DNA of 64,000 nt, taken from positions 124,001-188,000 of the forward strand of contig JAQGDQ010000019.1 of the NCBI GenBank assembly GCA_030141605.1, given 5' to 3'. The DNA comes from Tubiluchus corallicola (Eukaryota; Animalia; Priapulida). Positions 25,340-39,560 of the stretch are shown here, in pieces (positions within the stretch are counted from its first letter, which is position 1; each line of letters begins with the position of its first letter). The translations under genes and the position numbers were made by a program. The notes beneath the pieces were generated by a model. That model saw only the letters and a program-made list of their open reading frames with translations, searched no databases and was not told the DNA's origin.

Positions 25340-26435
25340 GGCAAAGAAATTTCATTTTAAATAGATTTAGTGATATCCTGGCACTTGTTACAGCCAGTTT
25401 GGCTTTTAGGCTGAGTCGTGTGCATTTTCGTGCTAAAGCATATGCTGATTTGTATGTAAATATTAAATCAACTATGTTTTACATTTGCTTCTTGGATACT
25501 AGTAAGGCATTTGACGGAATTAACCATGTGAAGCTGTTTAGGAAGCTATTACATTGTGGTCTTCCTGTCTTTGTTGTTAGTTTACTTTACTGTTAGTACA
25601 GACATCAGATAATTAATGTAATTCGGCAGGGTTATACCTCTTTATGATATATGTTTCCAATGGTGAGAAACAAGGTGGTGTCCTTTCGGCATATTTTTTA
25701 ATATTTACATAAATGACCTGTCAGTACGATTAAACAGTGCAAATGTCAATAGTGCTACTTTAAATCATTTTTCCAGAGCTGATGACTTCTGTGTTTTTGC
25801 TCAGTACTTCAGTTATTACTCATATATGTGAAAATTTTGCTTTAGAAAGTGGTATTTGTCATAACTCTGATAAAAGCAAATGCTTAGGTTGCATGCTCAA
25901 AAGATATACTGACCTCTTGTGTTTTAGCCTGATTCTAAATGGTTCTGATATTAAGATTGGTAATGAAAAGAAATATATGTGTCACACCTTGACCAACAAA
26001 TTATGTGCGAGAGCCAATTGTATTATTAGGAGGCTCAAAAAACTGTTCTGTTGACGTTAAGAGAAGACTTTTTGAAGCATGTTTTATCGCAATAGTGGTT
26101 GATTCACGATAAAGGAAATTTTGAAAGAATGCTTATTACCTATAATAATGCTACTAGAGGACTCTTTAATCTTCCTAGTCACGCCGTAGGCTGTTTTTGA
26201 GTCAGAATACTGTTATTAATAACTTGTTGTAAATACCGATACAACTTCTAGATCAAACATTTTTAAGTCGTGGCAAAGAATTTTATTTACCCATTCTAAC
26301 TAACCCTTTTTTGTATATAAGTTTACTAGGTTTCTGCAAACTATCTCTGTGTTTTTACTTGTGCCTTATTTTGATTGTACTACGGACTGTAAATGTTTGA
26401 AGTAAAATAAAATAAAATTAGATAAATAAATAAAT
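25340..26435 (+). mobile_element. Degenerate 5'-truncated RTE-X-like LINE (RT domain to 3' end)
   Basis: QFGF, CFLDTSKAFDGINHVKLFRKLL..G.P, NG.KQGGVLS..FN.Y.NDLS and an ADD remnant. Followed by a T-rich 3'UTR and a (TAAAA/TAAA)n tail. Confidence 0.85.
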
Positions 26436-26536
26436 GCCATTAGCTCAACAAATTTGCTCCTTATCATTCCAGGGTCTGACTGCTACAGGAACTGGCTCTC
26501 ATGACGACAGATACTAAGTATAGATCTTACATCACT

Positions 26537-26750
26537 GGTTTCTATGTAACTTGGTTGCTAAGGAATGTAGTAGCAGAAAGACTAACTGCTAAGCAACATG
26601 ATAGGAGAGAGAGTCTTTACTGGGAAATAATTGCTAGGCAATGCGGGGTGCTAACAAGCTTGCCAAGTAACGAGGTTGCTAGGAAACATGATAGCAGTGA
26701 GACTAGTTACTAGGAAACATGATAGCAGTGAGACTAGTTACTAGGGGAAT
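26537..26750 (+). repeat. Degenerate minisatellite containing a perfect 31-bp tandem duplication (CTAGGAAACATGATAGCAGTGAGACTAGTTA)
   Basis: Units start at 26679, 26710 and 26741 (partial), with older copies upstream. Confidence 0.85.
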
Positions 26751-27019
26751 AAACTTTATAGCTGCTAGTGACATAATGGGCGGTCGCTAGTTATTTACAA
26801 GCGAAATGGTGTGATCAACTCTATAGCTGTTAGTGATATAACAAACGGTGCTCATTACACTATATATACGGCGCTAATCTCGTGCAGAAATATACTACCT
26901 TGTAAAATTTATATTAATTACACATTTATTATGATATTAAAATTAATTCCATAATCCATTTCCTCATCGTACTTTATTTCAATGCAATTCAATTCACATC
27001 CCAATCCAGTTCAACCCAA

Positions 27020-27021
<2 letters not shown>

Positions 27022-27099
<78 letters not shown>

Positions 27100-27100
27100 C
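27022..27100. repeat. (CA)n microsatellite
   Basis: Read directly. Confidence 0.98.
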
Positions 27101-27464
27101 TGTACACATGCAGGTGTTAATATACTTCATAACCGTGCTGTTTCATATTTTATAAACAGATTTATCTAATCAAGATATGAAAACAAAAACTGCACTTACC
27201 TTTATACGTAAATTAGTCCGTGTGCATGAAAAAAGAAAACAAATTAGTTAATTTTTTCGTAATAGTCATTTAAATAGCCAAATTGTCCACCATTATCTTC
27301 AGCAATAAGGGCACACGTTTGAGTACTACCGTCGTTTTTAATTATTCACAAGATGGTGAAGTGCTACCAAAGTTGTTCGCTCAACCACAAATGTTGCTTT
27401 CAACCCCCCCCCCCCGTTTTAATTCATCAATTCATTATAATTCAAATATTTTATCTGATGATTG

Positions 27465-27670
27465 ACAACAACAACAACAACAGCAACAACAAAAACAACA
27501 ACGACGACGATGATAATGACGTTAATGATGCTTACTGATAATAATGATGGCGACGATTTTGCTTTGCAACAAATGCTGTTGCTGCTGCTGCTACTAGTGC
27601 TACTACAAACTACCATACGTTGCTGACGCACCCGATTTTGCTGCTACTTATAATGATGATGCTTATGATG
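27465..27670. repeat. Degenerate trinucleotide tract (AAC/GAY/GCT)
   Basis: Read directly. Confidence 0.85.
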
Positions 27671-28447
27671 AAAGTGACTGCTCATTAATATTGTTTGCAG
27701 GGAGAAAGCTTCAAAGTTAAAACTGCATGAAACATGACAGCCTGACTATGAAGCAAATCCATAATTGAAATCTGGGATCATGGCTTCAGAGTTTTCCCGA
27801 TTCGAAGCTGACATTGATTACTCGGGAGGTTAAACAAACACTTTGAAGCCTGCAATGATTGATGCTTTCAGACGAAACAATCACCACTAATGAAATGTAT
27901 AATATTAACCACAATATGTTTAAAACATAGGGCAAGAATTTGAATCGATGGGCTCATGACAAGTGAAAGACCCTGGTAGAGAAAAGGAAATGACAATAAT
28001 GCCCATTACAGTTATTCGCCTAATTAACCTTTGTGTGGTTCGGAGTTACTAATGTGACAATTTTTGCAGACTGTAAAAATTCTACGGGCGCTACACGGTC
28101 TTGAACTCGCTTGTCCACTGCTCATCACTCCTAACAATCACATTTAAACAGTAGTACACTATAAAAATGAAAAAATCTCGAATGTTGAAATTAATACATA
28201 TCCAATAACAACCAATTTCGTAAAAACTCGAAATTGAATTAGTATAATTTGACACTGCAAATAAGCTGTAGTTAGGAAATGCTCATCCTGGTGTACGATA
28301 TCCAGCAATGATTTTCTTTTTGCGCCAGCAAATGATAGCATTTCGTTTTTAAGACGAAATGCGAAATTGTTAACTGATATTTTAACTCTATTTACTGATA
28401 TCACTGAGGCAGTTTTGTTAATATCTCCAGGAGTAATTAATGGGTAA

Positions 28448-31052
28448 AGTCCATGTCACATGGAGGATATGAAGAAAAATTCATTGCAGCAATTTCTCGC
28501 AAAAATGGAATACAAAAATCGAACGCTTTTCACACAGACGCCTCTTGGGCAATTTTCCTCATGATTTCCAGCTGAGGAACTGCGCCCATAAGCTAGAAGC
28601 TACGTGTCCTTTTCACGAGGAATTTTGCCGCTTGGTAGGATTTTCGTGAGGATTCCTCCCAGAATTTGCATAAAAATTTAACTGTTTTATTTACCTTTTT
28701 CCTGTTTAGTAACAACAATTAACGCATTTCGATAAACGAATAAAATCGTTTATTTTAGAAATATAAACGATTTTTTGTTTTATATAGACAACATAGAGGC
28801 TATATTCGTGAAAATGAATGATGACAATATTATATAATTAGTTTACATCTATAATCACAAACTGTGATGACGAGGATCAATCTCTTGTTTTAAAATACAT
28901 ATTTACATAAATGGGCCTCTAGTTGCAGGCAAAGTGTTAACGAAATTATAAGTACACACGCACGCATGCACATACACATACACAAACACACACATATACG
29001 CTGATGCATTTTCGATACAATATAAATATATGCATAGCTAATACAATGTTACTAAGAGTGTCAAAAATTATAATTAGAAAACTATAATTGCTGCTATGTA
29101 TTAAAATTATTACGCAATATGAGAGATCGATAACTAAACTAGAGTTGATGTTTATCATGATCATTAGAGAGAATATTTGCATTTATGTGAACACATCTAG
29201 GCCATCTTGTATTTTTGCTACGTCAATGAAAATTTTGGTACAGCTATAAACTAAATTTTGCAGATCATTTAAGCATATATTACAATATATGTCAGTCATA
29301 AAATTTTCTTTTATAGTATTTACAAATGCGCCTATTAGTGGTTTCCTTCTTAGTATGTATATGCCGGAAATGTAGTGTAATCTGTTAATTCTCTTCGGAA
29401 GTTTAGTCTCTTTTGTTGGCTTACAAGATCACAGTGTAGTAGTAATTGTTCAACTGTTTGCTGCTCCACCGTGCCACACACACAAAGTCCTCTTTCAATA
29501 TATCATACTCTGAATGAGATATATAGCTGATGTTTCAGTTAGCATATTAGATGCGCCAAAATTGTGATCAAGTGATGTGCAAGAAATCACCTACTTCAAC
29601 GAATCAGTGGTTGCTGCAGTTACTAGTTTTTACCAATTTCATAGATGATTGAACCACCTGTAAGATTATACTAAGTCATGCAACAGTTTATGTTTGCCAT
29701 GTTTGCCATAAGTCGTTTGTGTTTTGAATTATCCGCCTGCTGAATAGCCGCGGAATAACAAATCAATAGGAAATAGCTGCAGAAAAAATAACGCATAACG
29801 CAGGTCTGAAAACCATTGAAAACAATACAAACCGAATTTGTCTATTCCGCACCCCCATACCGCAGACGCATTCCGGATGCTAGATAAATGCCACTTTAGA
29901 ATGCGATTTTTGATGTTAACTACTGACGTAATTCTTAGACACACATTCTATGTGTGGCTTAAACACTGCTTCGTTTTTACAATAATCATACACAATACAT
30001 ATTGATATAATCGTCTATTTTCTCCCCTTGAAATACCAGTGTCCTGTTTCACAATGTCTGAAATGGCTTCATTTAATATTTTGACTGTAAACTTAATAGA
30101 AATGCTCTCTGCTAAAATGTCTAATAGTGGGAAACCGCATATCAGTTGCTCCCGAGACTGATGAAAGCTTGATCCAATAGAAGTTTTTAAAACAAATTTT
30201 TACAATATAAAACACAATGGTTTTAAATAGGTTCATTGTGGTAGGGACCCTCAATCCATTGCATCTGCGCCAGTACTATTTGATCGTAACCCACCAATGC
30301 CGCGCATTTCTCTTTACAGTATTAATATGCCCACGAAAGTTTAGATCTTTGTCTATAAAAACACCAGGAACTTTACTGATATCTTTTTGTAAAATGTGTT
30401 GTTCCTGTTAAGCTTTCGTTTTAAATGCCCTTGGTATGGGCATCATTGCAAGTTTCTGCAACAAGCGTTGGAACAAAGTACGTAATCTACCTTCATTTGC
30501 ACAGTTGAAATTTTCTCAAAGCTTCAGGGTAGTCCCTAAACAAATTTGCTAGGCAGATGAGAAATAGCAGAGGAACTACCACAAGACCTTAGAGTACTCA
30601 AATATATTACACTTTTTTAATTGAATGGAATATTGTTCATTTGTTCATAATGTTCGCAATAAGATCTGCTCGTTTGCGAATATAGATGTATAATTATTAC
30701 ATATATCACCACCATTGTTGACTTAATAACACAAAAAATCTTTACATGTAAAAAACTGATTTTTACTGATATGCGTTAATTGTTATTCGCTAAACAGAAA
30801 ATAAATTAAGCAGTTAAATTGTAATGTAAATTATGCGAGGAAACCTCACGAAATTGTAACATGTGCATTTCTGCTAAGCCGCAAAATTTCTCATGAAGAC
30901 AAAGATGACAACGCATGCCTTCTGGAGGAAAAAGATGCGGAGAGTTCCTCATAAGGCGTCTGTGCGCCATCGAAAGCAGTGTGCTCCATTTTCATGAGGA
31001 ATGTTGCAAGGAAATTTTCATTACTGTGGCGCGCCCTCGTGTGAAATGGATC
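28448..31052. mobile_element. Non-autonomous PIF/Harbinger-like DNA transposon with ~280-bp imperfect TIRs and TAA target-site duplication
   Basis: TAA|AGTCCATGTCACA ... TGTGAAATGGATC|TAA. 28448-28730 aligns by eye to the reverse complement of 30770-31052 (shared blocks CACAGACGCCT, TTTCGTGAGG, ATTTAACTG and ACAATTAACGCAT). No transposase ORF inside. Confidence 0.7.
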
Positions 31053-31069
31053 TAAGGATGGGAGCAGAA

Positions 31070-31400
31070 TCAACAGGCAAATGAATGATTACGAGAACAA
31101 CAAATAAGCGAACGAGCAAATAGGTAAATGTGTATGAATGAAGGCATGAATGAACTAATGAATGAACAAACGAACGAATTAATGAACAAAGGAATGAAGC
31201 GACTAAGTTCGGGCCGAGCGAACCTATGAATATATAAACAAGCAAATGAATAAGTGAACAAATAAATGGACAAATAAGGCACACTGAGGCATGCACCCCT
31301 GAAAGTAAAAGCTAGAAGGAAATACGAAACGAATGAGAAAATGGATTAGTGAATGAGGAAAGGAACAAACGAACAAACAAATCAGCAAACAAACGAGCCT
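31070..31400. repeat. Degenerate (AATG/AACG/AAAC)n tract
   Basis: Read directly; explains ORFs 31021..31490. Confidence 0.85.
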
Positions 31401-32574
31401 GTATACTGAACTGTCGGTGATGGTGATGATAATGCTGGTCATTAAAATTAATGTAGAAACGTCAGATATTAATGTTAGACTTGCCACCACGCTTGTCTTA
31501 CAGCTCCCATTCTAGGTTGCTGAACAAAACTGGTTTTGACATGATGAAACACACCTGGCCGGATAGCTACTGGACCATGGACGCGTTAACTCCGGGCGCT
31601 TTCATAGCTAGTATTCAATGCTCACGCCCAATGGCTTCGTAATTGATCGAGCATTACAATGTAGAGATGGAGGTGACCGCAAATGGCTTTTTCACTCACT
31701 ATCGTTACACTACTCGATAGTCTACAGATAATGGTTCTGTCTGCAGCCAGATCCAAATCACACCATACCAAAGTCAGATACGCGGAGAAATACAAGTTTT
31801 TATTGAAGAATTTTACAAGTGTTACAAAGATTTTAAGTCAGTGTAATAAAATGGTAACAATAACTATAACCTAATGTAGAATTACTTTGTATCAGCTTCT
31901 CAAATGGCAGGCAAGCCGAAAGTGATCCATAACTATTAGATCCCGTCAGAGGCGGTACTTGTACGTCGTAAGGCGAGTAATGGTCAATTCCGGCTGAATT
32001 CATGGGAACTAACTGGGTCGAAGGGGAATTCTTGCAAAACCAAGATGAGTCGCGATGCACGTACCAATTTCATTGCAATGAAATCCCTAATTCAAAAAAT
32101 TAAGCGAACATTTGAGGCAATTTATCTGAGCAATTACAAAAAATCTTTCTGCGCTCTCATGTTGCAAAACGCAATATGAGACAAAAAACGCACAATCGTC
32201 ACGCATTTTGCAAGATTATCGCTCAGCTGGGTCTAATCCCTCATTTTGTCCTTGTGTTACATTGGTATGCCTTTTACTGATTTACTGCTACGAAGTGAGT
32301 GCTTACGTCGGCAGTGATTAAAATAAGACCCACTTTGCGTCAAATTCAAGCGGCAGCTGACGACACGTGCAAAACACATGATCGAATTTTGTATATTTTT
32401 ATTACCTAAATATTTGACTCGTACTTTTACAAAATCAGCAAAAAAAGACGACGCCACTTTTTTATTATAACATTTGAACGTTGTTGTGCAAATGAAATAG
32501 AAATGCTAGGAATCTTGACCAGTGAAAAGTTATGAGCAAAAGCGATCAACACGAATTTCAATTTCTCTTTATAA

Positions 32575-35500
32575 AATTGTGTATGGCGACTTGGTTTTAC
32601 GCGCTCTGATTTTCTTCAGTTTGTCATCATTAATTATTGTGCAATCATCACATACTCACATTTATGATAAAGAAGATTTGTTTTGCATCAGAGATATATG
32701 TAGTGACATGACATACGTGCCAAATAAGAATTTAAATCTGATAAACAAATTCATCACTGATCATGACCAGAGGCGTATCCATTCGGCTGCTCAACATCAA
32801 ACGGAAACGAGGTCTGAGAGGAGGTGTGTTAGCCAAATTACGTAGAAGAGGTTTCCGTCCAGCGTTACCAAGTATGTATTTAATGAATGTTCGTTCTCTT
32901 CGCAACAAAATGGATGAACTCCTGTGTTACATGCACAAACAACAAGATTGTAGGAACTGCTGCATTTATAGTATAACAGAAACTTGGCTAGATCCTACAG
33001 TGCCCGATTAAGCTACAACACTCCCGGGATTCACGTTCTTTCGTTCAGATAGTATGTTTGCCGTCGTTAACAAGGAAAAGGGTGGTGGTCAATGTTAGTT
33101 AATGATGCTTGGTGTACTAACATTAAAGTTCTCTCATAAACATGCATGCCTGAGCTGGAGACAATTTCTGTCAAGTGCCGCCCCTTTTACCTGCCGAGGG
33201 AAATAATATCACTTATACTAACAACAGTATACATCCCGCCGGAAGTTAATGCTGGTTCCGCCATCGACCAATTATCAACTCTTGTAACAAGGCATGAGAA
33301 TGCGCATCCAGGATCGATTTCTATTATCACAGATGATTTTCATCACACAAATTTAAAAACGAGACTCCTGAATTATTTTTAACACATTAAATGTCATACA
33401 AGGAAGGACAAAATTTTAGATCACTTTTATACACCGGTAAAGGACGCTTATAATGCCTTACCACGTGCACCCCTGCGCGATGCAGACCACAACATGATCC
33501 ACCTGGTTCCAAAATATAAACAACAGTTGAAGCGTGAGAAACCTGTCAAAAGAGCAGTTAAAGTGTGGTCCAGTGAAGCCACTGAACGTCTTCAATGCTG
33601 TTATGACTGTACAGACTGGAACATCTTCATAAATTCCTCAGAGTCAATCAAAGAATGCACGGATGCTATTGTTGAGTATATGAAATTTTGTGAAAAGATC
33701 TGCATCCCAGCTACGACGGTGGTACTTTATCCAAATAAAAATTTGTGGTTCAACGACTCTATTTCGTCTAAAATCCGGGCGAAACAAATAGCCTATAAAT
33801 CTGGTGACCACGAGCAATACAAAATCGCGAAGTATGATCACCGGAAATCAATCAAGTCTGCCAAACGTGATTTTAAAAACAAATTGGAGCAAGACTTTTT
33901 GCTAATGACACTCGAGAACCTTGGCAAGGACCAAATAAAATTGCAAACCGAAATAAAAAAATGTTAACTTAGACGACCCAACTTTACCGGATAAACTGAA
34001 TAATATTTATAGTCGTTTTGATAAAGAAACAGGACCATCACTAGATTATTTGAATAAGTCAACTTACAATAACACTCCATCACTTGTTATAAAAGAAAAC
34101 GATGTGCGGAGACAGTTTGCTAAACTGAAAGTTAAAAAAAATCGGCAGGACCAGATCGTGAAACACCGCGGCATGTGCGACACTGCTCAGATCAACTTGC
34201 CTATATCTTTACTCATATTTATAATTGGTCTTTAAGCATTTGTAATTTCCCCAACAGTTTAAGTAATCTAGCATTCCTGTGCCAAAGAGAAACCCAGTTA
34301 CTACACTTAATAACTATAGACCTGTGGCTTTAACATCAGTGTCAAGCAAAACACTAGAACGTTTCATCTTATATGTCCTGAAATCTGTTGTTTCACCATT
34401 TTTGGACCAATTTCAATTTGCATATCGTGCTAATCGTTCCACAAATGATGCTGCAGCTCTTGTTGTTCATGATGTACTAACACACCTTGATAAACGCTAT
34501 TGTTATGCCAAAATCCTTTTCGTTGATTTCAGTTCAGCTTTCAATACCATTCTGCCACTAAAATTGTATCATACAATGATGGAACTCAACATACCTGACT
34601 GGCTGTGTAATTTCGTACTTGAGTTCTTGACAGGGCGATCACAGATCGTCAAGATAATTAATTGAAACAATACCATTTTTTCAACTTCTAAGATTGTTAA
34701 TACAGGAGCTCCTCAAGAATGCGTCCTGTCTCCAATTCTGTACACGTTGTTTACATATGACTGTGAAGTATCTTCCCCAAATACTATGATGGTAAAATTC
34801 GATGACGATACCACACTGGCTGGCCTTATTTGCAGTACCAACGGGACTAATTATTTTTAGGAGGTTCAAAATTTAACACGATGGTGCGAACAGAATAATT
34901 TAGAACTGAATGTTTCAAAAGCAAAAGAAATTATCGTAAATTTTAGAAAAGAGACTGATAAAAATACAGCTGTAGAAATTGTTAAAGATTTCAAATTTCT
35001 GGGAGTAAAAATTTCAGATGATCTTAAATGGGAAGCTAATGTGCTCTGTTGTGTAAAAAAGGCCCGCTAGCGTTTGTACTTTTTAAAACAACTCATATCA
35101 TTTAACATTGCCCCTGCAGTGATGGAGAGTTTTTATCGTGCAGTAATTGAAAGGATTTTAACAACATCCCTCACTGTTTGGTATGGTGCTACCACGCAGG
35201 GAGATCGCAGTGCTCTTGATCAAGTTGTTAAATCCGCCTCAAAAGTTATAGGAGTTGAACAGCAATCTATGGCATATTTGTATGAAACTAGAGTCGCAAA
35301 GAGAGCACAAGTTATCATGAAAGATGAATTCCATCCAGGTAATAAATATTTTGAAATGCTCCCCTCTGGTCGTAGATTCCGCTCAATTAACGCTAAAACA
35401 ACAAGGGCTTTAAATTCTTTCTATCCCGTTGCAATTCGCACCATCCATCAACAGTAAATTTCAGTAAATCTCCAATATTAATTCTTTATGTCGCTGTACA

Positions 35501-35615
35501 ACTGATTGAATTATTTGTGTTAATTTCTTTGTTGTTTCTATAAGTCATTGCAGTACGTAAAACCACATAAATTTCATTGTATGTATTATGGACAATAAAT
35601 TGCTTACTTACTTAA
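32575..35615 (+). mobile_element. Near full-length, inactivated Rex1/Babar-type non-LTR retrotransposon (APE endonuclease + reverse transcriptase)
   Basis: Colinear ORF fragments: RKRGLRGG..LPSMYLMNVRSLRNKMDEL, ITETWL, CRPFYLPRE, VYIPP, YRPVALTS, QFAYRANRST, LFVDFSSAFNTI, G-PQ-CVLSP-LY, KFDDD (for FADD) and LPSGRRFRS..SFYPVAIR. Followed by AATAAA and a (CTTA)n tail. Several stops and frameshifts. Confidence 0.93.
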
Positions 35616-38600
35616 ACAGAGCAAAGTATGGGGAATCTTTTCAACCCTAAAGTCACAGGCTACTTCCTGAATAAAGCACAGTTATCTTCTTGCATTCCGC
35701 CCCGTCCTCTCCCCTCTGATCTCCTAACAGTAACGGTGAAGTTGCAGTGATCTAGTTCTAAATAAAATATGCCGAGGAAAAAGGTGACTACGTCTGTGAA
35801 TCAGTGATCCCTGATGTGGAATTCAGAAACTAATGTTATGCACATCGACAGCTACAAACTAAATTCAGAAAGTTTATTATTATGTTTACTAATCTAGATA
35901 AAATATATTTTGCGCTTTCTATTAAAGAACATTTCAAAGAAATATTCGTATTTCTACAATATTTTAATGCATAAGATATTATATTAGTTTGTGCTTTTAT
36001 TTTATGATTCACGTTTTTCTAAGATGGGAAGCAATGGTATTACAATAAATGCGTACTCCGTCTAAGATTTGTCTAAAATTCTGTGATAATAAAAGTTTAT
36101 TACGAAAGTCGTTCATGATGGCAAATCGTGTATAATCTTTGCGACTTAATCGCGTTTTGCCATCTCTATTGAAATCTTGAAGAAAACTAATAAAATCTCC
36201 ACAAACATCGCACAAAATTTGTTTTTCAGGTTTGCTGCAATTTTATTAAAAAGCAGGCAGCTGTGTGTGCTTTTATAACATAGCGTGCAGGGAAGAAAGA
36301 ATAATTTTGAGCTGATTTAGGCGCTTAGAGGAATGCGAATATTATTGACGTAAGAATACTGACGAGGAAAAGTTGTTGCGGTAGTTTAGAAATGGCATTG
36401 TAGCTGCAGGTTGTAAGAATATTCCCTTTGTTCGCTTTGATAAAACTTTCAAGGCACCGCCTTTTTGTATATAACGGAACAAAATTAGTTTCTGATAGAC
36501 TGATAGTATGAGTTGAAATGGCTGTTCCATAAATATTTCTGTAATCAGTAATTTGTATTGACAATAAAAATGTGTTTCCATAGTTTCTATAATTATTCAG
36601 AAACTGCTCTTCTATATTTGAACAACAGGAACTCAATTTCTTCGTAGTTGTTAATAGTGTCTAGTTTGATGGTACCATAGGGTTAAATTGTTGACAATCT
36701 ACATAAATAAAGATGACATAAAAAGTTACAAGCTAAAAACTTTTTAATGCTTTTTGTCAGAATTACAGAACTAAATCGATGATAAAACATTATTGTTATT
36801 AGCTCAGTATAAAACTCTTGCGGTGCATTTGATTGTTTAAATAACTTTCTTGGCCGATGTATCCCAATGCAGCTTGTTTTCGTTTTTTATTTCAAAAACA
36901 AGCTATTAAGTGTTTGATATAACTTACTGTAGAAACAAAAGCTCCACTAGAAATCCAAGGAGACAAAACGGTTAAGCTAAAAAACAAAATGAGAATTCTA
37001 TCATTTATTGCCCGTCATACATACTAGGAAACATACTATTTCTTCAAAAATGACTTACGTGAAAGAACTATTACCACACAAACACATTTTCTCGCTTGCG
37101 CCACTAGTTCTTGGCTGTTACGTGCATTTCGTCATTCGCTAGTTAGACGGGCACTAGCGCCTGCATTTCGGAAACGTACTGCACAAAAAATGGGTGCTGT
37201 ACCTCTCAGTTCAGATGTGTTCGATTGTGACGTACTGCACACGTTCGGCAGCTCCTGCGTGAGCACAGCGGTAAATTTGGCATCTGAATTTTTATTTTAA
37301 AACTTGCCGAGCTTTAGTACAACACACTGAATCTCTTGCGCTAGTGCTGTACTTCAATCTTCTCTTTTGCAAAAACGTGCAACATGTACGAACATGCTCA
37401 CGATTGTTTTTGCTTCAAAAATTATGTTCGTTTGTGATGTTATCAACATTTAGGTTAGTCCTATGTTAACAAAGATTTTCATCTATTAATTAATTATCAG
37501 AAACGCTTTTGCAATATTGTTGGTGTTAAAATGTATACTTTTTACCGTACTTGAATATGGGGTAATATATGAAAAATCATCCTATCGTCCTTTAAAACCA
37601 CATGTGTGCTAAAATGGTTATTTCTAGCAAGTATTAAACATTCGTTGCCAGTCGTTTGTCAGTACCACGTCCATTAATGAAGCCAAGTGATTCAAATAAG
37701 AATACTTGACAATCAGCAATAGCAGAAATCTTTTCTTGATTTATATTCAACACGAGATGGCGTTGTTTAGTTTACGTGTGCACCTGGCAAAGTTCATCAT
37801 ACAGGTCATACATTGTGCATCCACCAGTCCTCTGGGGGTCATTAGTTCAAGTTTAAATAATTTTCTTTATTGTCGAATGATCTTGCGGCATCAAAATGCG
37901 CAGCTAGTCCGTCAAAATAGAATCGGCATTAATCAATGTGCCGCCTGCGTAATTTTTTAGATGCCTAGGCATGCAAAGCTTTATACAATTACTTCGACGG
38001 CTACACAAAATGACACGAAAAATCGCGAAACGCGTACAGTAATGGAGACTTAAGCCAAAGAATTGTCGGGAAAGAGGCTGAGAGCGTTTATAACGTAATA
38101 ATGGTAAACGCACTCAGCACTGCGCGTTTTGTTATTAAAGTCACTAGAGGAGTTGAAAAGAAAATTTACAATGTATGGATATTGCTGTAATTTTTTTTAG
38201 AGTACTACTGTAATACTATTAATATTTTGCTTACTTTAGACGATGATTTTTAATACATATGAAATATACAGGAAAGCCTTTGTGAGTATACACGAAATTA
38301 AAAGAACAAAAACCTGAATAACAAACAGTTTTACATTATAGATAGTATCGGATACTAATACTTATTTACTTACGTTGAACGTGATTTGTAATACATACAA
38401 AATGTGCAGCATGACCTTCGTAAGTATACGAAGTTACAAGAATAAAAAACATTAACTGACAAACAATTTCGCATAATATATAGTTGTAATATTAAGTATA
38501 ATAACTTGTAATGTATTAATGTTAAACCTATAACAATAATATTGTCGGAAATGTATGAAACTAAAGGCTTAAAATTTTCATTTATCAAAGGTTATACGTA

Positions 38601-39279
38601 AAACACCACGAACGTTTATGAATGCAAAAACTACACAAACTGATTTTTTGGTGTTCCTGGCGTGTCATTTTAAAAAATGTACTGTTACACCACAAACTAG
38701 AATACTGTATTTAATGAATGTGCGTCAAAAGACACGAAGCGCCAATATAATCAAGGTTGCGAATACTGACATTTCAGATTGATAACTAGAACTTAGAAAC
38801 TCAAATTAGAAATCTAATTAATTAGACACTACAGGTCAAATGAACTGGGCACAAATGGATGAAAGTGTTGTTAGTATTCGATTTGCTAAATTTTGAACAA
38901 ACGTGTAATGAAATACAATGTCTGCGTCAGAAAGATGTAATTGTAAATTACTTACTGTTTACTATTTATTTTACTGTTTTGGTAAACAAAAGTAGGTCTC
39001 AAAGTCTATCTACATGGTCTATTTTCTGTCTATATGGTTAGAATTTCTATCATCTGCTCGCACTGTTACAATGCCTGACTTATTTAATATTATGGTTGGT
39101 ATAATATGATAATGCTTAATGTCGTGAGCCATCTATATATATAAATGATTGCTGTAGCAGCATAATGGGCATGGCAGGCATCTGTTTACACTTCACAGTC
39201 TCTAAAAGCTAAATGCCAAGTAATAAGGCGAATCTCGTCACGAAATAAGCTGCTTCGCCTTCATTGTGTATGTTTTCTG

Positions 39280-39560
39280 TGCATGAATGAATTGTCGTTT
39301 ATTTGTGCATTGCTTGATAAAATATTATGATTTTTGGTAAAAATTTGAATAGTGTGATTTATTGATTTACTGATTGGCTGGTGAGCTGACTGATAAGTTG
39401 CTAGTCACCCGGGCCAGTTAGCCAACTGATTCCTTAACGACTGATCGATTAATCTACATCAGGCTGACCGACCGACTACCAGACCAACTGATTGCTTGAC
39501 TGGTTGATTGGCCGATAAATTACCTGATTGATTAGTTACTCAGTAGATTAATAGATCGAA
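39280..39560. repeat. Degenerate (CTGA/TTGA/CCGA)n tetranucleotide tract
   Basis: Read directly. Confidence 0.75.

Noticed and set aside
26679-26745. CRISPR-like 31-bp direct repeats
   Set aside because: Head-to-tail with no spacers, no cas genes and a eukaryotic context; this is a minisatellite.
30891-31073. Protein-looking 60-aa ORF with an apparent acceptor site
   Set aside because: It lies in the right TIR of the 28448-31052 element, and the left copy differs by indels.
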